In this document: positions 1 to 9,727 of the stretch, in pieces | Layout: every line of letters starts with the position of its first letter | Position numbering within the stretch: the first letter of the stretch is position 1 | Virus record (IMG/VR): IMGVR_UViG_3300017766_001423 | Location: 1 to 33,271 of that record | Length of the DNA: 33,271 nucleotides | Direction: 5' to 3' (one strand) | Origin: a virus | Taxonomy: Duplodnaviria > Caudoviricetes | Program-made: the position numbers and the translations under genes | The notes under the pieces: generated by a model | The model's input: the letters and a program-made list of their open reading frames with translations, nothing else | Databases searched by the model: none | What the model was told of the DNA's origin: nothing

Positions 1-240
1 AATACCTTGAGGACCAGTTTCTCCAGTATTACCCTGAATACCCTGAATACCCTGAATACCTTGGATTCCTTGAATACCTTGAGGACCAGTTTCTCCAGTA
101 TTACCAGTATTACCAGTATTACCCTGAATACCTTGGATTCCCTGAATACCTTGAGGACCAGTTTCTCCAGTATTACCCTGAATACCTTGGATTCCTTGAG
201 AACCAGTTGCACCCGTAGCACCCGTTGAACCTTTTGGTCC
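1..240 (-). repeat. 9-bp-period coding tandem repeat (collagen triplets) with higher-order unit (GIQ)n(GNT)m-GET-GPQ
   Basis: Plus-strand units ccctgaata, accagtatt, gaggaccagtttctccagtatta recur; n = 2,3,5 and m = 1,3,1 in the three visible blocks. Confidence 0.95.
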
Positions 241-516
241 TGGAACAGATGGCCCTAGAGGGGTAGCAACAAGAACAGTTGTTTTTTCTGTTGTTACAAT
301 TATATTTGTTGAATTTACATATGGAGTTACAGTAATATCAGCAGATTGAACTGGATTTACTATAATATTATTTACGCTATTTCCAGCGTATTCTATTTTT
401 GTTGGTTGTATTGATGATGGAATTAAATTATGAACATTTGTACCAGAAGCAGTCACTTCGCTCTGGTTTTTAAATGTTGTAATAATTAATAAAACATTAT
501 CATTTGAGTTTGACAT
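1..516 (-). CDS. Collagen-like (Gly-X-Y) fibre protein, 3'-truncated by window edge
   Basis: Hand-translated from ATG at 516: [25 protein letters not shown]...ATPLGPSVP, then 26 uninterrupted G-X-Y triplets ([30 protein letters not shown]...) to base 1 with no stop. Not in the ORF track because the stop lies outside the window. Confidence 0.92.
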   Translation of the reverse strand, partial: MSNSNDNVLLIITTFKNQSEVTASGTNVHNLIPSSIQPTKIEYAGNSVNNIIVNPVQSADITVTPYVNSTNIIVTTEKTTVLVATPLGPSVPGPKGSTGATGATGSQGIQGIQGNTGETGPQGIQGIQGIQGNTGNTGNTGETGPQGIQGIQGIQGIQGIQGNTGETGPQGI

Positions 517-519
517 CTG

Positions 520-951
520 TTATTTTGTGATTTCTCTTGATACGTCAAATGATCCTTCCACTAATCTATAAGTTTCACCTACCGAGTTTGTAATTTCAAA
601 ATCATAAAAATGTTTTCCAGCTGGAATATTTTTCATAGTAGTTTTATCCACTTTAAACATTATTCCGCCAGTATAACCAGAAGTTCCAGAAGTCGATGTA
701 TTAAAACTAATACCACCAATGCCCGGAACTCCATTAACACCTATAGTAAATTCACCCGTTGTTCCTCCACCAGTAACACCAATATCTGTTAAAAACAATA
801 CAGCTTCTGTATCCTTTTCTGATCTTCTTACTTGGAGTGCTCCGGTAAAGTTTGTTAAATCTATACCAGTTCCACCCTTGTACTTATAATCTAGATGTAA
901 CTTAAAGGTAGAACCTTGTTCTGCGTATATGTCGTATCTTGATGCTGGCAT
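520..951 (-). CDS. Small virion structural protein (beta-sandwich, baseplate/fibre attachment-like)
   Basis: Pattern 'YDIYAEQGSTFKL...YDFEIT...RLVEGSFDV' resembles BppU-N-like phage tail/baseplate proteins; SD AAGGGAG; directly upstream of the collagen gene. Confidence 0.6.
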   Translation of the reverse strand: MPASRYDIYAEQGSTFKLHLDYKYKGGTGIDLTNFTGALQVRRSEKDTEAVLFLTDIGVTGGGTTGEFTIGVNGVPGIGGISFNTSTSGTSGYTGGIMFKVDKTTMKNIPAGKHFYDFEITNSVGETYRLVEGSFDVSREITK

Positions 952-962
952 TATATCTCCCT

Positions 963-2162
963 TTATGCATATTTATGTTTCTTTTTCTTCTTAAAAGTCT
1001 TTTGAACCACAGGAGATTTTTCTATTTTTGGTTGTAAAACACCCTGTTCTACCAACTTATCTACTGCTTTTTTGTATTCTTCAAAATTCTTTTGAACTCT
1101 TGGTAATTCACTAACAGGAATCTTTCCTTCTTTTAGGAGTTTTTCTGTTGCCAAATAACCAACCATCGGATGTCCGGCATAATAAGCAGTAGATGATATT
1201 TCATCTAAAATACCAAAATTGTAGATAATGTCAGGCACAAACAAAATGTCTTGTTTGGGGAAAGGAATATCCATTGCAGCCTTTGCAAACATGTAAGCTA
1301 ATATAGGCATATTAAATTTTTGCCTATAAACTTGAGCAATATGAAATAGCGGTTCTGCGCGAGTTGGTCTATAGTTATAGGCATCTAAAAATGTCTGTTG
1401 AACCTCTGGCCATGGTTTGTTTTGCAAAGCCTTTGCAATTGCTACTCTATAAATTGAGTAATAAACTTCTTCGGCCCATCCGCCCATTTCTGCTCTCTTA
1501 ATGTATGCTGCTTCTGCTTTGTCGTATTGTTGTGAATCAAAATAACTTTGTGCAAGATAAAATTGATATCTTGAATTATTTGGTTCATCAATCATCGCCT
1601 TTTCTAAAACTTCGGCATCTCTCTTATATTTTTCTATTGGATCAATATCTTTGTTTCTTGCCCCCAAAGTACGAGCAACAACACGATAATTACCTTCTAT
1701 TTTTTCTATAATTGGATTTTGTTTTTCACATGCAGCATATTCGTGAAGAATACCAACATAACTCCATTTGGCATCTAATTTAAATATTTGATTTCTCCAC
1801 CAAGAAAATTCTGGTCTTCCCATTCTTACGGCATAAGAATCGGCATTCATATTTTCTGGAAGTTTTAAATTTCCTTCTAAGTAATCATCAGCATCTATAA
1901 CAAATGCATAGTCTGCTTTACCTTCGCATAGTTGAAATGCTTCAGTTCTATTATGACCGAATCCCTTCCATTCGCGTTCATGAAGTTCTCCGGGTATTCC
2001 CTTTTCTTCAAAGAATTTCTTGATTATATCTTGGGTTCCATCAGTAGAACCAGTATCACATATTACCCAATAATCAAGAATATTGTAAATGGAATTTAAA
2101 CATTCCAAAATAATATGTGACTCATTCTTAACGATCATGCATAGTGTAAGTTTTGGTTTCAT
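963..2162 (-). CDS. GT2-family glycosyltransferase with C-terminal TPR-like repeats
   Basis: LTLCMIVKNE, DTGSTD, GFGHNR, IDADD (DxD), 'GILHE'; helical TPR-like 'RYQFYLAQSY', 'RAEPLFHIAQ'. ATG at 2162 after SD AAGGA preferred to TTG at 2168. Confidence 0.9.
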   Translation of the reverse strand: MKPKLTLCMIVKNESHIILECLNSIYNILDYWVICDTGSTDGTQDIIKKFFEEKGIPGELHEREWKGFGHNRTEAFQLCEGKADYAFVIDADDYLEGNLKLPENMNADSYAVRMGRPEFSWWRNQIFKLDAKWSYVGILHEYAACEKQNPIIEKIEGNYRVVARTLGARNKDIDPIEKYKRDAEVLEKAMIDEPNNSRYQFYLAQSYFDSQQYDKAEAAYIKRAEMGGWAEEVYYSIYRVAIAKALQNKPWPEVQQTFLDAYNYRPTRAEPLFHIAQVYRQKFNMPILAYMFAKAAMDIPFPKQDILFVPDIIYNFGILDEISSTAYYAGHPMVGYLATEKLLKEGKIPVSELPRVQKNFEEYKKAVDKLVEQGVLQPKIEKSPVVQKTFKKKKKHKYA

Positions 2163-2181
2163 AATCAATATCCTTTACTTG

Positions 2182-2189
2182 TATTTATA
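2182..2189 (-). promoter_or_regulatory. T4-type late (gp55) promoter TATAAATA
   Basis: Exact T4 late consensus in intergenic DNA about 20 nt upstream of the GT2-TPR start, followed by an SD. Confidence 0.75.
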
Positions 2190-2260
2190 CCAACTTCCAA
2201 CAGGTGTCCCATTCTGCATGTTTATTTAATTCAACAATATTATCTGAATCAATTATAATT

Positions 2261-3313
2261 TTATACAAAACTAGAACCAGTAGGATTTAATTTTTTATCA
2301 TATATCTCAATGATTCTTTCTTTTTTTGCCAACTCAAAGTCATGATCTACCATCATATCAATTAGTTGATATATATCTGTTTTTGGTTCCCATCCTAATT
2401 TCTCTTTTACTTTAGAATAATCACCTAATAATTGATCTACTTCTGACGGACGATAATATTTTGAATCAACTTCAACATAATCTTCATAATTCATATTATA
2501 TCTGGCGAATGCTTTTTGACAGAATTCTCTAACAGTTATCATTTTTCCAGTAGCAACTACATAATCATCAGCATTTTCTTGTTGTAACATCATCCACATT
2601 GCTTCAACATAGTCTCCTGCAAATCCCCAATCACGATATGCATCTAAATTACCAAGATATAATTTCTTTTGTAATCCTTGATAAATTCTACCAACCGCTC
2701 TTGTGATTTTTCTTGTTACAAATGTTTCTCCTCTACGCGGACTTTCGTGATTAAACAAAATTCCACAAGAAGCATGCAAATTATAACTTTCACGATAATT
2801 TACGGTTAACCAATGAGCGTATACCTTTGCACATCCATATGGAGATCTTGGGTAAAATGGAGTTGTTTCTTTCTGTGGAACTTCTTGAACTTTACCATAC
2901 ATTTCAGATGAAGATGCTTGATAAAATTTAATTTTTTTACCCGATTGTTCTTCGAATGTTCGTATTGCTTCTAAAAGGTTTAGTGTTCCTATTCCAGTTG
3001 TTTCTCCAGTAAATACTGGCATATCGAATGAAACTTTAACATGGCTTTGAGCACCAAGATTATAGATTTCATCTGGAGAATATTTTGTTATAATTTTTTG
3101 AAGACTATTGAAGTCTGTCAAATCACCAAAATGTAAAAATAATTTTTTATTATAAATTTCTGGATCATTTATAATATGATCTATTCTTCCTGTATTAAAA
3201 GAAGAAGATCTTCGAATAATACCATGAACCTCATATCCTTTTGACAATAGAAATTCTGTCAAATAAGATCCATCTTGTCCACAAATACCAGTGATTAATG
3301 CTATTTTTTTCAT
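2261..3313 (-). CDS. gmd: GDP-mannose 4,6-dehydratase
   Basis: [44 protein letters not shown] (YxxxK), [21 protein letters not shown]. Confidence 0.98.
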   Translation of the reverse strand: MKKIALITGICGQDGSYLTEFLLSKGYEVHGIIRRSSSFNTGRIDHIINDPEIYNKKLFLHFGDLTDFNSLQKIITKYSPDEIYNLGAQSHVKVSFDMPVFTGETTGIGTLNLLEAIRTFEEQSGKKIKFYQASSSEMYGKVQEVPQKETTPFYPRSPYGCAKVYAHWLTVNYRESYNLHASCGILFNHESPRRGETFVTRKITRAVGRIYQGLQKKLYLGNLDAYRDWGFAGDYVEAMWMMLQQENADDYVVATGKMITVREFCQKAFARYNMNYEDYVEVDSKYYRPSEVDQLLGDYSKVKEKLGWEPKTDIYQLIDMMVDHDFELAKKERIIEIYDKKLNPTGSSFV

Positions 3314-3996
3314 ATAATTCTTTTCATTAATTGATCTACATCAGATTGACTATTATAAACATCATGTTCATCAAATACCTGACCTATAAACCACACACCA
3401 TTATTTTCTTTTCCTCGCTTACACTCTGATGGAAATGGTTTATTTTCAAAAAAAGGATCATGAACTTTACAAGTGAATTGTTTATTATAAATCAATGGGT
3501 ATACTACTTTAGATAAAAAATTTTGATCTTCACCTTTTTCTATTTTTGGATTAAAATTTTGAATTGAATTATTCATTTTTTTTAATATACCACCTTTAAC
3601 ACCCCACATACCAGCCATCATATGAGTTGAATGATATGGATGATCTCTCATAATATGAAAATCTTCTCCAGAATTTATCCAAGAATCCACTGCAATTTTT
3701 TCCCTTGGAGATAATCTAGAATCAGTATCCCTACAAATATAATATTCAACATCTTCTTCTTCCGCAGGAATGAAGCGATTAAATGCTCCTCTAGTATCAC
3801 CAAAAGTATTTTCAAATCTAATAATAGTATTATCCATCGTTTTTAATTCATCTACTATATTAGTCGGTACTGAATTAAAACAATAAAATATACATTTCCA
3901 ATCTGGAAATAATTCTTTTGCTAATTTTGCATTTTTAATAGCACCAATAGTATATGTTGGGTCTGTACCCCAAACCGAAAATGATATAATTTTCAT
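3310..3996 (-). CDS. Putative GT-A-like glycosyltransferase
   Basis: IISFSVWG...Y, RDTDSRL (DxD), MRDHPYH, AGMWG, EDQNFL; located inside the glycan cluster with ATGA overlap to gmd. Confidence 0.6.
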   Translation of the reverse strand: MKIISFSVWGTDPTYTIGAIKNAKLAKELFPDWKCIFYCFNSVPTNIVDELKTMDNTIIRFENTFGDTRGAFNRFIPAEEEDVEYYICRDTDSRLSPREKIAVDSWINSGEDFHIMRDHPYHSTHMMAGMWGVKGGILKKMNNSIQNFNPKIEKGEDQNFLSKVVYPLIYNKQFTCKVHDPFFENKPFPSECKRGKENNGVWFIGQVFDEHDVYNSQSDVDQLMKRII

Positions 3997-3998
3997 GT

Positions 3999-4616
3999 TT
4001 ATTTTTTATAAATTATATTTGTATGGTTATTCCAATAGGAGACAAAACCGTAAGAACTCATATGTCTATTTAACATTTCAATTTGATTATCATGTTCTAT
4101 ACAAACAACTTTAGTATTTAATTTATTGTAATCAATATAGGTTGCCAATTTAGCAGAATAACCTTCAACATCTACGTTGATGAAATCTACTACTGGTGGC
4201 AATATAGTTTCTAAACTTTTCATAGTTATCATAGATGTGTAAATTTTCTTAAAAGGATGTCCTCCAGATTTCCATCTATGCATAAAATTAATATCAGAAG
4301 TTGATACCGCATCTTCTAAACTATTATAAAATTCAACAAGTTTATCTTCTTCGCCAATTAATGCTTGAACTATTTTTATATTTTCATTATTTTTGTATTC
4401 ATTTATAAATCTAGAAATAGCATATGAACAACCATCAACATAACATCCACTCCATCCCTTTTCAACTAAAAATCTAGTATTTGAAAAAGTAAATGGAGAA
4501 AACGCACCTATTTCTAAAAAATACCCATTATCGGATAAAATTGCTTTAAGAGGATCACACTCTCCATGTTGTGAATAACCACCGTTGTAACTATTTTTAA
4601 AACCCGAATCTGACAT
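3999..4616 (-). CDS. FkbM-family SAM-dependent methyltransferase
   Basis: YSQHGE, FLEIGA...SNT...GWSG, DFINVDVEG, VVCIEH. Confidence 0.85.
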   Translation of the reverse strand: MSDSGFKNSYNGGYSQHGECDPLKAILSDNGYFLEIGAFSPFTFSNTRFLVEKGWSGCYVDGCSYAISRFINEYKNNENIKIVQALIGEEDKLVEFYNSLEDAVSTSDINFMHRWKSGGHPFKKIYTSMITMKSLETILPPVVDFINVDVEGYSAKLATYIDYNKLNTKVVCIEHDNQIEMLNRHMSSYGFVSYWNNHTNIIYKK

Positions 4617-5209
4617 TATATTTTCCTACTTTCTATATTATTAAAAACTAACCCACTTCTGACAAAGTGACTTTTATGATTTGGACTGTACATTTGCCAA
4701 TCTTTAACTGCTACATCTCTTAATTCATTAGTTAATTCCTGATTATAATATAAATTATATTTTTTAAATATATCTATCCAATAATCTGAATTTTGTAAAT
4801 TTACATGATGATGTCCTGCCTGGCCAGGAAAAGCATGTGTAATTAATATCAACTTACATTTAGTAAAATCTACCATAAAATTATCGATAAACTGGGCATC
4901 TACATGTTCTAAAAATTCACAACACCAAGATAAATCAAATTCTTGATCAATATTTGTTTTCCCTATAGTGTAATCATGCGTGATTATAGAATCTTTAACA
5001 TTTGAGTTTTCTTTACACAGTGGATCACCCTCAATACCAATAACATTGCATCCATTATTTTTAAAAAAAGAACAAGATATTCCCATCCCACAACCAACAT
5101 CTAAAACGCTTTTGACATTATACTTATCGATAACATATTTCCACATATTTGGATAATATGTTGCTGGATCTCCAATTTCTCCTATCATATATCCCCCCAA
5201 ATGATTCAT
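4616..5209 (-). CDS. Class I SAM-dependent methyltransferase (probable sugar O-methyltransferase)
   Basis: SVLDVGCGMG motif I, FDLSWCCEFLEH, PGQAGHHHVN. Confidence 0.88.
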   Translation of the reverse strand: MNHLGGYMIGEIGDPATYYPNMWKYVIDKYNVKSVLDVGCGMGISCSFFKNNGCNVIGIEGDPLCKENSNVKDSIITHDYTIGKTNIDQEFDLSWCCEFLEHVDAQFIDNFMVDFTKCKLILITHAFPGQAGHHHVNLQNSDYWIDIFKKYNLYYNQELTNELRDVAVKDWQMYSPNHKSHFVRSGLVFNNIESRKI

Positions 5210-6195
5210 TGATATTTCCTTTCTATGAAAACATTTTTAAATTCATTCATAACATTTTTTGCGCTAAAAGTTTGACTATATGCATCCCAATTTTTGTGTA
5301 CAATATCAGATTTATTAATATGTAAAAATATATTTTTTATATCATTTCTATCTTTATAATAGATTCCCTTATCTTTCAATGAGAAGATATGACCAGTATC
5401 ATACGTTGAAGGAACAGTATCTGGATTCCATGTAATGATTGGTTTATTTTTTATAGAAAATTCTGCAACAGACAAACTAAAAACTTCACCATCTAATCTT
5501 GCATGTATCATTGCATCACATGTATTTATAAATTTACACTTTAGTGATTCATCTATAGTCATTGGCAAATATATAACCCTTTCATGGGTTATGAAATGAT
5601 TGGTATTTAAAAATACAAACCATAAATCTTTTCTAAAATTTAATACATTTATTATCTCTTCCTTAACAAAAGGAATGCTAAAAGTATCATGTCCTCCATG
5701 ACGACCTAAAACAATAGCATCATTTGGTATACCAAGTTCATTTCTATAATTATCAGAAATATTGGATTTATCTTCTATAATATGATGAACAAATGGAAAA
5801 ATATTTCCATGCTTAGATGACATATATTCACAAATAGATGCATACACATCCCCATGTTTATATTTTAATGTAAACACACAATGCATTAAATTTTTACATT
5901 GAGTTGTAAATATTTCATCATGTTCACCACTTTTTATTGCATAAAATAAATCAATATTTTCTGAAGAAACAATTTTATCAATATTTACATGTTTTTTATT
6001 GTTTTCGTAATAAGGTATAACTTTAAATCTTTTACTAAATTTATCAACAATAGAAAACACATTACATGTGTTACTGGCATTATATGTAATTATTGACTCG
6101 TTATTTAATATTTTTTCATTATAATCTGCATAATCATATAATGCTTTTGCTGTTCCTCTTTCACAGAGATAATTATCATGGAATAAAATTTTCAT
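5206..6195 (-). CDS. GT-B (GT4-like) glycosyltransferase
   Basis: N-terminal RGTAKALYDYA, GRHGG, 'CDAMIHARLDGEVFSLSVAEF' (E-X7-E motif). Confidence 0.8.
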   Translation of the reverse strand: MKILFHDNYLCERGTAKALYDYADYNEKILNNESIITYNASNTCNVFSIVDKFSKRFKVIPYYENNKKHVNIDKIVSSENIDLFYAIKSGEHDEIFTTQCKNLMHCVFTLKYKHGDVYASICEYMSSKHGNIFPFVHHIIEDKSNISDNYRNELGIPNDAIVLGRHGGHDTFSIPFVKEEIINVLNFRKDLWFVFLNTNHFITHERVIYLPMTIDESLKCKFINTCDAMIHARLDGEVFSLSVAEFSIKNKPIITWNPDTVPSTYDTGHIFSLKDKGIYYKDRNDIKNIFLHINKSDIVHKNWDAYSQTFSAKNVMNEFKNVFIERKYQ

Positions 6196-6818
6196 AAAAT
6201 TTGAATATTGTTAATTTCTTCTGTCGTCATTTTTCTTTGTGGAGATTCTGTTTTATTTGTATCAAAATTGTAATAGCACATTATTTTGTTTAATTTAATT
6301 TCTGTAGATACTTTAGATTTTAATGATTTTGTAAAAATAGAATCCTCAATACCATTGCAATCATAAAAATTTGCTATCTTTGCAATATCGTTTCTCCAAC
6401 AACACCAATGCCATGGATATCTATACATGACATTGTTGTCTATAAAGTCATCTGATAATGGGTAAATTATAGATGAATCAACTACCAGTTTTCTACCATC
6501 TATACTACATTCTTGATCGTATGAAATTACTTCTTCTTTTTTATTATTTTCAATAATTGGTATTAAAGTTGAAATAAAATCGTCAACCACATCATCATCA
6601 TCATCAATCTGACAAACATATAAACCATTGGCAATATTAAATAAATTTTTTCTTTTCTTCCCCACACTCATATTTTTATTATCTAACAAAGAAATTATTT
6701 CAACTTTTTTACCATAATTAAAAGATTGATTATTTAATTTTGTATATAATTTTATTAGTTTATCTATCCTAGAAGGAAGTGAAGGAATACAAACGGATAA
6801 AAGTGGTAAATTATTCAT
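6192..6818 (-). CDS. GT2-family glycosyltransferase
   Basis: LSVCIPS, VGKKR, ANGLYVCQIDDDD, IED. Start at ATG 6818 (overlapping upstream stop) preferred to 6854. Confidence 0.85.
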   Translation of the reverse strand: MNNLPLLSVCIPSLPSRIDKLIKLYTKLNNQSFNYGKKVEIISLLDNKNMSVGKKRKNLFNIANGLYVCQIDDDDDVVDDFISTLIPIIENNKKEEVISYDQECSIDGRKLVVDSSIIYPLSDDFIDNNVMYRYPWHWCCWRNDIAKIANFYDCNGIEDSIFTKSLKSKVSTEIKLNKIMCYYNFDTNKTESPQRKMTTEEINNIQIL

Positions 6819-7500
6819 ATTTTTTATTAATCCAAAAACTATTACCTGTTCCATTTTTCATTTCATTATCTAAACCCAAAGAATGTAATCTAAATTTAGA
6901 TGAAAGTAATTTTTCTAAATCTTTAGAAAAACATTGCCCATCATATACCGCCCTATCCATATTTTCTGACATTTGAATTTCTGCAAATATACAAGATACA
7001 TTATCTAAATTAGTTCCCTTAAGAACTTCATGCTCTGCACCCTGTACATCTATTGTCAATAAATCAATATTTTCGTCAAGTATATTACATAGTTTATCAG
7101 TATTGACTTTAATTTTTGCGACAGATTTAAAATCATAACCACTATTGTTGTTTTGAAGAGTTGGATATATTGAATCGGAACCGGGAGATGACGTTCTATA
7201 AAAATCAATAACACCTGTTTGATTTGTTATTGCAATATTATATAATTTACATCTTGGATTATTTCCATACTGCATATTAACCACATTAAAAAACTCAATA
7301 ACTGGTTCAAATATATGAATTATACAATTTTTATATTTTTCTAAATATAATTTTGCTTCCCAACAATGATATCCACCAACAATAACAATTGTTTTTATAT
7401 CATCATTTGTTTTGTTTAAATATTTTGCAAAATTATTTTCAATATCTCTAGAAATAGTGTCATATGCATTCGGTTCTTTATAAATTATAGTCTCAATCAT
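6811..7500 (-). CDS. FkbM-family SAM-dependent methyltransferase
   Basis: IVIVGG, IHIFEP, IDLLTIDVQGAEHEVLKG, IFAE. Start at ATG 7500 (ATGA overlap) preferred to 7530. Confidence 0.85.
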   Translation of the reverse strand: MIETIIYKEPNAYDTISRDIENNFAKYLNKTNDDIKTIVIVGGYHCWEAKLYLEKYKNCIIHIFEPVIEFFNVVNMQYGNNPRCKLYNIAITNQTGVIDFYRTSSPGSDSIYPTLQNNNSGYDFKSVAKIKVNTDKLCNILDENIDLLTIDVQGAEHEVLKGTNLDNVSCIFAEIQMSENMDRAVYDGQCFSKDLEKLLSSKFRLHSLGLDNEMKNGTGNSFWINKKYE

Positions 7501-9053
7501 TTTTGTGTTTCCGTTTCTGTTGGACTCCATAGGTAATGATACATGATTTCCTCAAAAATATACTCATTTGTTACTAAACCAGATTCCATTAAACGATTAC
7601 AATAATCTGAATCCTCTCCATAATTTTTATCAGGAAATCTAATCACTTTTGCAATTTGTGTTTTTATGGGATTTAAATGATTTAAAGGTCTACGTTGTCT
7701 GCCGAGTTTATCTTTATAATGACCTTTATTTTTATTTGCATGATTAAATAGCATTGTTGGTTTGTCATTTACATAATATAAACCCCAAAAACTAATACCA
7801 TCATACAAATCAGAATTTAATTTTCTACAAATTTTAGGAATGTATGTATCTGATATTAAATCATCATCATCAATAAACGAAATATATTTTCCATTTGCTT
7901 GTTCTAGACATTCATTTCTTTTCTGTCCTACTGTTTTTTCTTTGTTATCCGTATTTACAATTATTTGAATTCTGTGTTTATATGAATATGGAATAGTTTC
8001 ATTTATCTTATTTAACAATTTTTCTAATTTTTCTTTTCTGCTTGGAATAGTAAGAATACAAATACTCCAAAGAATATCTTCTTTTTCTTTTTCAAAATTA
8101 TAATTTGTTTTTATTGTTTCTTCTATTCTTTCAAAAAAAGATTTACCATATTCTAATGCTAATTTATAATTTTTTTCGATATATGGTTTCATTGATTCGT
8201 ATGTATTTTCATCAATTTTGTTGATTTTTTCAATAAATTCTTCATATGAATTAAATGTAATTATTCCCCTAATATCAAAAAATTCATCAAGATTTGGACA
8301 TCCCCAATATATCGGAACAGTCTTTGTTAATAGCGGATCTATTAGTTTTTCGGTGAAATAAGATTCTTCCTTACTGCTCTCAACTGCAATATTGAATTGA
8401 TGATCAAAAAGATGTATCTTATCATCATCTTTTATGAAACCATCGTGCAACGTGTTTGAAAATTGCGTTTGGAATCCAAAAGTATCTTGATATGCGTAAT
8501 TAGTAGGCATACGAGAACTTGAATAAAATTTTGTTGGAATATTTATTGCATTTCTAGAATTCCATATTTTTTTCCTAAGTTCATACCCTTCTTTAAATTG
8601 CAAATATGTTGTAAGAAAAGTAGCACCAAATTTTTTATTTGGTATTTTTTCTAAAACTGCTTCATCAAAAGATCCCAAAGAATCTAAATGTGAATTTTCT
8701 TTTTTATTTAACCATGTTCCACCATAAGGAAAAAATACAGCATTATCTACATTTTCTATAACTTCGGATTCCCAAGTAAGAACAAGATCATATTGATGTG
8801 CATTATCAATGATAACATCATTTATTTCTCTACCCTCAGAACTTGACGGTTCATTAGAACACACAAAAACTTTATATGAATCTTTTGTTTCAAAATTTAT
8901 TTTTTCTGGAATACGCTGTTCATTTCTTGCAGGAATTCTCAAAGGAGTTCCGCGTATCCAGTTTTGACCAAATCTACTAATATGAACTTCACATGGAAAG
9001 TCAAAATTCATTTCACTAGAAAAATAATCACCATTATGTACTATTGCTTTCAT
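7497..9053 (-). CDS. Bifunctional glycosyltransferase: N-terminal GT10 (alpha-1,3-fucosyltransferase-like) + C-terminal GT2
   Basis: FNIAVESSKEESYFTEKL...VPIYWG (GT10 motif), then WSICIL...VGQKRN...YISFIDDDD...GEDSD (GT2). Confidence 0.85.
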   Translation of the reverse strand: MKAIVHNGDYFSSEMNFDFPCEVHISRFGQNWIRGTPLRIPARNEQRIPEKINFETKDSYKVFVCSNEPSSSEGREINDVIIDNAHQYDLVLTWESEVIENVDNAVFFPYGGTWLNKKENSHLDSLGSFDEAVLEKIPNKKFGATFLTTYLQFKEGYELRKKIWNSRNAINIPTKFYSSSRMPTNYAYQDTFGFQTQFSNTLHDGFIKDDDKIHLFDHQFNIAVESSKEESYFTEKLIDPLLTKTVPIYWGCPNLDEFFDIRGIITFNSYEEFIEKINKIDENTYESMKPYIEKNYKLALEYGKSFFERIEETIKTNYNFEKEKEDILWSICILTIPSRKEKLEKLLNKINETIPYSYKHRIQIIVNTDNKEKTVGQKRNECLEQANGKYISFIDDDDLISDTYIPKICRKLNSDLYDGISFWGLYYVNDKPTMLFNHANKNKGHYKDKLGRQRRPLNHLNPIKTQIAKVIRFPDKNYGEDSDYCNRLMESGLVTNEYIFEEIMYHYLWSPTETETQK

Positions 9054-9055
9054 AA

Positions 9056-9727
9056 TTATATCCTATTTAAATTTAATAAAATTCCATCTTCACTCATGCC
9101 AATTTTTTCAGCAAGTTCTCGAATGTTTTTTTCTTTCGATTTTCCGTCTGCAATACCCATAGTTATGTATGGATCTATGTCTGGGGGACATCTACCAGGC
9201 CAAACACAATAAGAAAGTGGAAGACAACCTATCGACATTTGGCTTACAAAGAAAGGTAAAACTCTAAACATCAAAATTTCGTGATCAAAAAATCTTTCCT
9301 CTGATTTTAATGTTTTTTCGCATTCTCTCAACCACATTTTTAAAAAATTAATAACTTTTTCATTGTAGTTGCAAAATATTGGTGATGCTTTTGGTTGCAT
9401 TACATTAATCTTTGTTTTATCTGTTTCAAAATAAGAAAAACCAAGATCAACATGAAGATTGACAAATTTATCAAATACATCCAATTGTTTATGAATTTTA
9501 GAATCAATATCTAACCAAACTATTGGTTTCTTTTTTTCTTCTAAGATATTCAATATAAACTTTGGTTTTCTTAAACAATTCAATCTGTAATCACCATGTG
9601 AATTTATTTTTCTAAAATCAAATGGTATTTTTAAATTTTTGCATTCTTCAATAAGACGAGAAGCATTGTCGCTATAGTATGTTGATCCATCTATATCACA
9701 ATAAAATGAAATAATTTCAGTTTGCAT
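9056..9727 (-). CDS. Putative GT-A nucleotide-diphospho-sugar transferase (GT77-like)
   Basis: KPKFIL...IVWLDIDS (DxD), ASPIF, FDHE; cluster context. Confidence 0.65.
   Translation of the reverse strand: MQTEIISFYCDIDGSTYYSDNASRLIEECKNLKIPFDFRKINSHGDYRLNCLRKPKFILNILEEKKKPIVWLDIDSKIHKQLDVFDKFVNLHVDLGFSYFETDKTKINVMQPKASPIFCNYNEKVINFLKMWLRECEKTLKSEERFFDHEILMFRVLPFFVSQMSIGCLPLSYCVWPGRCPPDIDPYITMGIADGKSKEKNIRELAEKIGMSEDGILLNLNRI

Noticed and set aside
7-228. Plus-strand repetitive 73-aa ORF, or a CRISPR-like array
   Set aside because: It is the antisense shadow of the collagen repeat; 9-bp period, no unique spacers, no cas genes.
2186-2286. About 33-codon minus-strand open frame (…IIIDSDNIVELNKHAEWDTCWKLV*) overlapping the gmd end
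   Set aside because: No ATG or SD, bounded by an upstream TAA; may be a gene remnant but cannot be supported.
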